NCBI GenBank assembly: GCA_963750165.1
Contig: CAVVPN010000012.1
Location: 480,001 to 544,000, forward strand
Origin: an uncultured Gemmataceae bacterium
GTDB lineage: Bacteria; Planctomycetota; Planctomycetia; Gemmatales; Gemmataceae
Reading direction: 5' to 3'
Length of the DNA stretch: 64,000 nt
Below are positions 60,790 through 64,000 of this stretch, in pieces (position 1 is the stretch's first letter; each line of letters begins with the position of its first letter). The notes below the pieces were generated by a model. The model ran no database searches. It saw only the letters and a list, made by a program, of their open reading frames with translations, and was not told where the DNA came from. A program made the position numbers and the translations under genes.

Positions 60790-61256
60790 ATGCGCATGTC
60801 GGATTTCGTCGTCAAAGAGGCGATCATCCCGGACCTGAAAGCCACCACCAAGGAGGCCGTCATCCGCGAGATGGTCGAGAGCCTGCGCGGCCGGCTACTT
60901 CAAGGGCGGCGACCTGGACAACATCGTCAACGCCGTGCTCGCCCGTGAGCGGCTGGGCTCGACCGGCATCGGCCGCGCCGTGGCCATCCCGCACAGCAAG
61001 CACAGCACCGCCGACCGGCTGGTCGGCACCGTGGCCATCTCGCGCCGGCGTCAACTTCGACAGCCTGGACGGCGAACCGGTCCACGTGTTCGTGCTGCTG
61101 ATTTCGCCGCAGGACCGGCCCGGCGACCACCTCCGCGCCCTGGAGAACGTGTCCCGCAGCCTGCGCGACGACAATTTCGTGCGCAACCTGCGCGCCGCCA
61201 CCACCCGCGAGGCGATCCTGGCGCTGCTCGACGGCGCCGACCGTCCCACGACGTGA
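60790..61256 (+). CDS. ptsN: PTS IIA (Ntr/Fru family); apparent frameshifts near 60890 and 61045
   Basis: [25 protein letters not shown] and HLRAL. Confidence 0.85.
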
Positions 61257-61357
61257 GGCGCCGCGGTGGCGTTGACGAACCACGACGTTTCGGCAACCGC
61301 TGGTGGTTGGGGCGCACGCATGGCGCCGACCGCCGGGAGTAGCAGAGTGCCGATGCC

Positions 61358-61663
61358 ATGAGCGCCGAACCGCTCCGGACCACGGTGACGATCACCAACA
61401 CCCAGGGGCTGCACATGCGCCCCGCGGCGGACTTCGTCAAGCTGGCCTCGACGTTCCAGAGCAGCGTGAACGTGCAGAAAAACGGCCAGCCGAGCGTGGA
61501 CGGCCGCAGCATGATCGGCCTGATGAGCCTGGTCGCGGAACAGGGCACGGAACTGACCCTGGAGGTGTCGGGCCCCGACCAGGAGCCGGCGCTGCAGGCG
61601 CTGGTCGCCTTGCTGGAGAACCTGAAGCAGGAAGACAACGGAAACGCCTCGGGCGCGCCGTGA
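61358..61663 (+). CDS. ptsH: HPr phosphocarrier
   Basis: GLHMRPA and DGRSMIGLMSL. Confidence 0.93.
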   Translation: MSAEPLRTTVTITNTQGLHMRPAADFVKLASTFQSSVNVQKNGQPSVDGRSMIGLMSLVAEQGTELTLEVSGPDQEPALQALVALLENLKQEDNGNASGAP

Positions 61664-61780
61664 AGAACCTGGAGGCACCGCCCGGCGCTCCGCGCCCGTT
61701 TTTCTACCGCTTGCGGCAGAAAAAAGAAGCCACAACCCCTCGCCACCCGCCCCGCGCGGGCGGCGGTTCGCGGATCACGC

Positions 61781-63526
61781 ATGGAAATCAAACGCGGCAT
61801 CCCCGTGTCCCCCGGCATCGCCCTGGGGCCGGCGCTGGTGCTCGACAACGAGGGCTTCCGCATTCCGCGCCGCTTCCTGGACGGCGACACGGCCGTGGAC
61901 GAGGTGCAGCGTCTGCACGCGGCCCTGGCCGCCGCCGCCCGCGATGCCCGCGAGCAGGAACGCGCCATCTCCGCCAAGCTCGGCAAGCAGTACGGCGCCA
62001 TCTTCGCCGCCCACGCGCTGCTCATCGAGGACCCCGCGCTGCTGCGCGAGGTCGAGCACCTGATCCGCGACCAGGAAAACACCGCCGAGTACGCCGTCAG
62101 CCGCGTCATCCGCCGCCACGTCAAGGTGCTGGAGGCCCTGGAGCGCGGCCCCCTGGCCCTGCGCACCGCCGACCTGTTCGACATCGAAAAATCCATCCTC
62201 CGCCACCTGCTCGGCGAACGCCGCGAATCGCTCAGCCATCTGCGTCAACCGGTCATCATCCTGGCCCACGACCTGACGCCCAGCGAGACCGCCCAGCTCG
62301 ACCGCCGCATGGTCCACGCCTTCGTCACCGAGGCCGGCGGCCGGGCCAGCCACACTGCCATCATGGCCGGCGTGCTGGAGATTCCCGCGGTCGTCGGCGT
62401 CGGTCGCTTTTTGACGAACGTCTCCGGCGGCGACGAGGTGATCGTGGACGGCACCCGCGGCGTCGTCATCCTCAACCCGGACGACGAAACGCGCGAGCGC
62501 TATGAACAGACGCGGACCAGCTTCCGCACCTTCGAAAGTCAGCTCGGCGCGCTGCGCGACCTGCCGGCCGAGACGCGCGACGGCACGCGGGTGGAGTTGT
62601 TCGGCAACATCGAGTTCCCCTCGGAGGCCGCCCACTGCCGCGAGCGCGGCGCCGCTGGCGTCGGCCTGTACCGCACCGAGTTCCTGTACCTGAACAAGGA
62701 CACGGACCCGACGGAGGCCGAGCACGTCGATGCGTACCTGACGGTGCTGCGCACGTTGGGGCCGGGGCCGGTGGTGATCCGCACGCTGGACCTGGGAGGG
62801 GACAAGTTCTCCCCCGCGGCGGACGTGAGCCGCGACGAACGCAATCCCTCGCTGGGCCTGCGCAGCGTTCGGCTGTGCCTGCGGAATTTGACCTTGTTCA
62901 AAACGCAAATGCGTGCCATCCTGAGAGCGAGTGCTTTCGGAGACGTGCGCATCATGTTTCCGATGGTCAGCACGCTGCTGGAACTGCGGCAGTGCAAACT
63001 GATTCTGGCCGAGGTCAAGGAGGATCTGGAGGACGAAGGCATCCCCTTTAACCGGAAGTTGCCCGTGGGGACGATGATCGAGGTGCCGTCCGCCGCGATT
63101 TTGGCGGACCAGTTTGCCCGCGAAGTGAATTTCTTTTCCCTCGGCACCAACGATCTGATTCAATACACCCTGGCGGCCGACCGCACCAACGAAACCGTGG
63201 CCGCGCTGTACAGCGCGGGCGATCCAGCGGTGCTACGGTTGATCGAGCATGTGGTGCAGTCGGCGCAGCGCCAGAAGATAGATGTCAGCGTGTGCGGCGA
63301 GATGAGCGGCGACCCGATTTACACGATGTTGCTCGTGGGCATGGGCTTACGCCAGCTGAGCGTCGCGCCGCAGAATCTGCCGGAGATCAAGAAGGTCATC
63401 CGGTCCATCACCGTTGAGGAAGCCACTCAGGTCGCCCGGGAAGCGCTCCGCCTCGAAACGGCGCGCGACGTGAATAATTACTTGCGGGAACAAACCCGCC
63501 GAATCCTCCCGGAGTTGGTGAACTGA
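61781..63526 (+). CDS. ptsI: PEP-protein phosphotransferase (Enzyme I)
   Basis: GGRASHTAI, GLYRTEF, MIEVP, GTNDLIQY and VCGEM. Confidence 0.95.
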   Translation: MEIKRGIPVSPGIALGPALVLDNEGFRIPRRFLDGDTAVDEVQRLHAALAAAARDAREQERAISAKLGKQYGAIFAAHALLIEDPALLREVEHLIRDQENTAEYAVSRVIRRHVKVLEALERGPLALRTADLFDIEKSILRHLLGERRESLSHLRQPVIILAHDLTPSETAQLDRRMVHAFVTEAGGRASHTAIMAGVLEIPAVVGVGRFLTNVSGGDEVIVDGTRGVVILNPDDETRERYEQTRTSFRTFESQLGALRDLPAETRDGTRVELFGNIEFPSEAAHCRERGAAGVGLYRTEFLYLNKDTDPTEAEHVDAYLTVLRTLGPGPVVIRTLDLGGDKFSPAADVSRDERNPSLGLRSVRLCLRNLTLFKTQMRAILRASAFGDVRIMFPMVSTLLELRQCKLILAEVKEDLEDEGIPFNRKLPVGTMIEVPSAAILADQFAREVNFFSLGTNDLIQYTLAADRTNETVAALYSAGDPAVLRLIEHVVQSAQRQKIDVSVCGEMSGDPIYTMLLVGMGLRQLSVAPQNLPEIKKVIRSITVEEATQVAREALRLETARDVNNYLREQTRRILPELVN

Positions 63527-63765
63527 CCGGGGGAAGGAAATCGACCAGGCTTCTGCGTCTCGCGCCGGCGGCGTCGCCGGCCGACGGTTCGCCGTCCCGA
63601 GTCCCCGCCCCGGCCGTTCCCTTCCCCTCTTCCCGCTCCCCGGGTGGCCCCCGGTCCCGGACGGATTCACTTTTTTGGGCCCGGAAGTGCAGCCGGCGTG
63701 GCCTCGCCCCATTGCCGCGGTCGCACCTCCCGCAGACTCCCCGCCCCAACGGGGATGAGTGAGCA

Positions 63766-64000
63766 ATGGCGTCCGACCCTTCGCAACCTGCTCCCGCCGC
63801 GCCTTCGGTCGCCGCCGCGCCGCCGCGCACCAAGATCCGCCTCCGCTTTCGCAAGGACGGCGACCTCCGCCTTGTCAGCCACCATGATTTGATGAAGGTC
63901 TTCGAGCGCATGTTCCGCCGGGCCGCCCTGCCGGTGGCGCGGACGCAGGGTTTTCATCCGACGCCGCGCATGGTCTTCGCCTCGTCGCTGGCGCTGGGCA
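63766..64000 (+). CDS. Radical SAM-linked protein (TIGR03936-like), partial
   Basis: RLRFRKDG.LR.VSHHDL..VFER..RRA.LP...TQGFHP.P. Confidence 0.8.
   Translation, partial: MASDPSQPAPAAPSVAAAPPRTKIRLRFRKDGDLRLVSHHDLMKVFERMFRRAALPVARTQGFHPTPRMVFASSLALG

Noticed and set aside
1..64000. Numerous long overlapping ORFs in the six-frame track (e.g. 6319-8055 +, 21972-23645 -, 57534-59084 +)
   Set aside because: Antisense or off-frame shadows of recognisable genes, expected at high GC; no motifs
1..64000. CRISPR array, integrase, transposase or rRNA
   Set aside because: No regularly spaced direct repeats with unique spacers and no recognisable recombinase, cas or rRNA sequence

Overview
GC-rich bacterial chromosomal segment. 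Gene content and protein style (Ser/Thr kinases, an ECF-kinase pair, DUF1559-like mini proteins, many palindromic repeat families) suggest Planctomycetota, probably Gemmataceae-like; this is inference. It contains the nuoA-L part of the complex I operon with two foreign small genes inserted, housekeeping genes (cutC, S41 protease, PPi-type pfk, pdxH, tsaD, leuA, hpf-ptsN-ptsH-ptsI) and tRNA-Ser(TGA) and tRNA-Arg(TCG). Accessory modules are: an SDR-ECF sigma-Ser/Thr kinase(WD40) unit sharing a TGTAAG-N15-CGGTATT motif with a downstream orphan gene; a MerR/VIT-vWA pair with a leaderless promoter and dyad operator; a Leu-rich attenuator before leuA; an E1/E2-SDR-MFS catabolic islet next to tRNA-Arg; an ASCH-HNH pair abutting that tRNA; and an ACP/alpha-oxoamine synthase/CLF-like/ketosynthase lipid cluster. 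Nine genes, including core ones, carry apparent small indels, most likely long-read assembly errors. All calls come from motif recognition by eye; no database searches were run, and start codons are best guesses.
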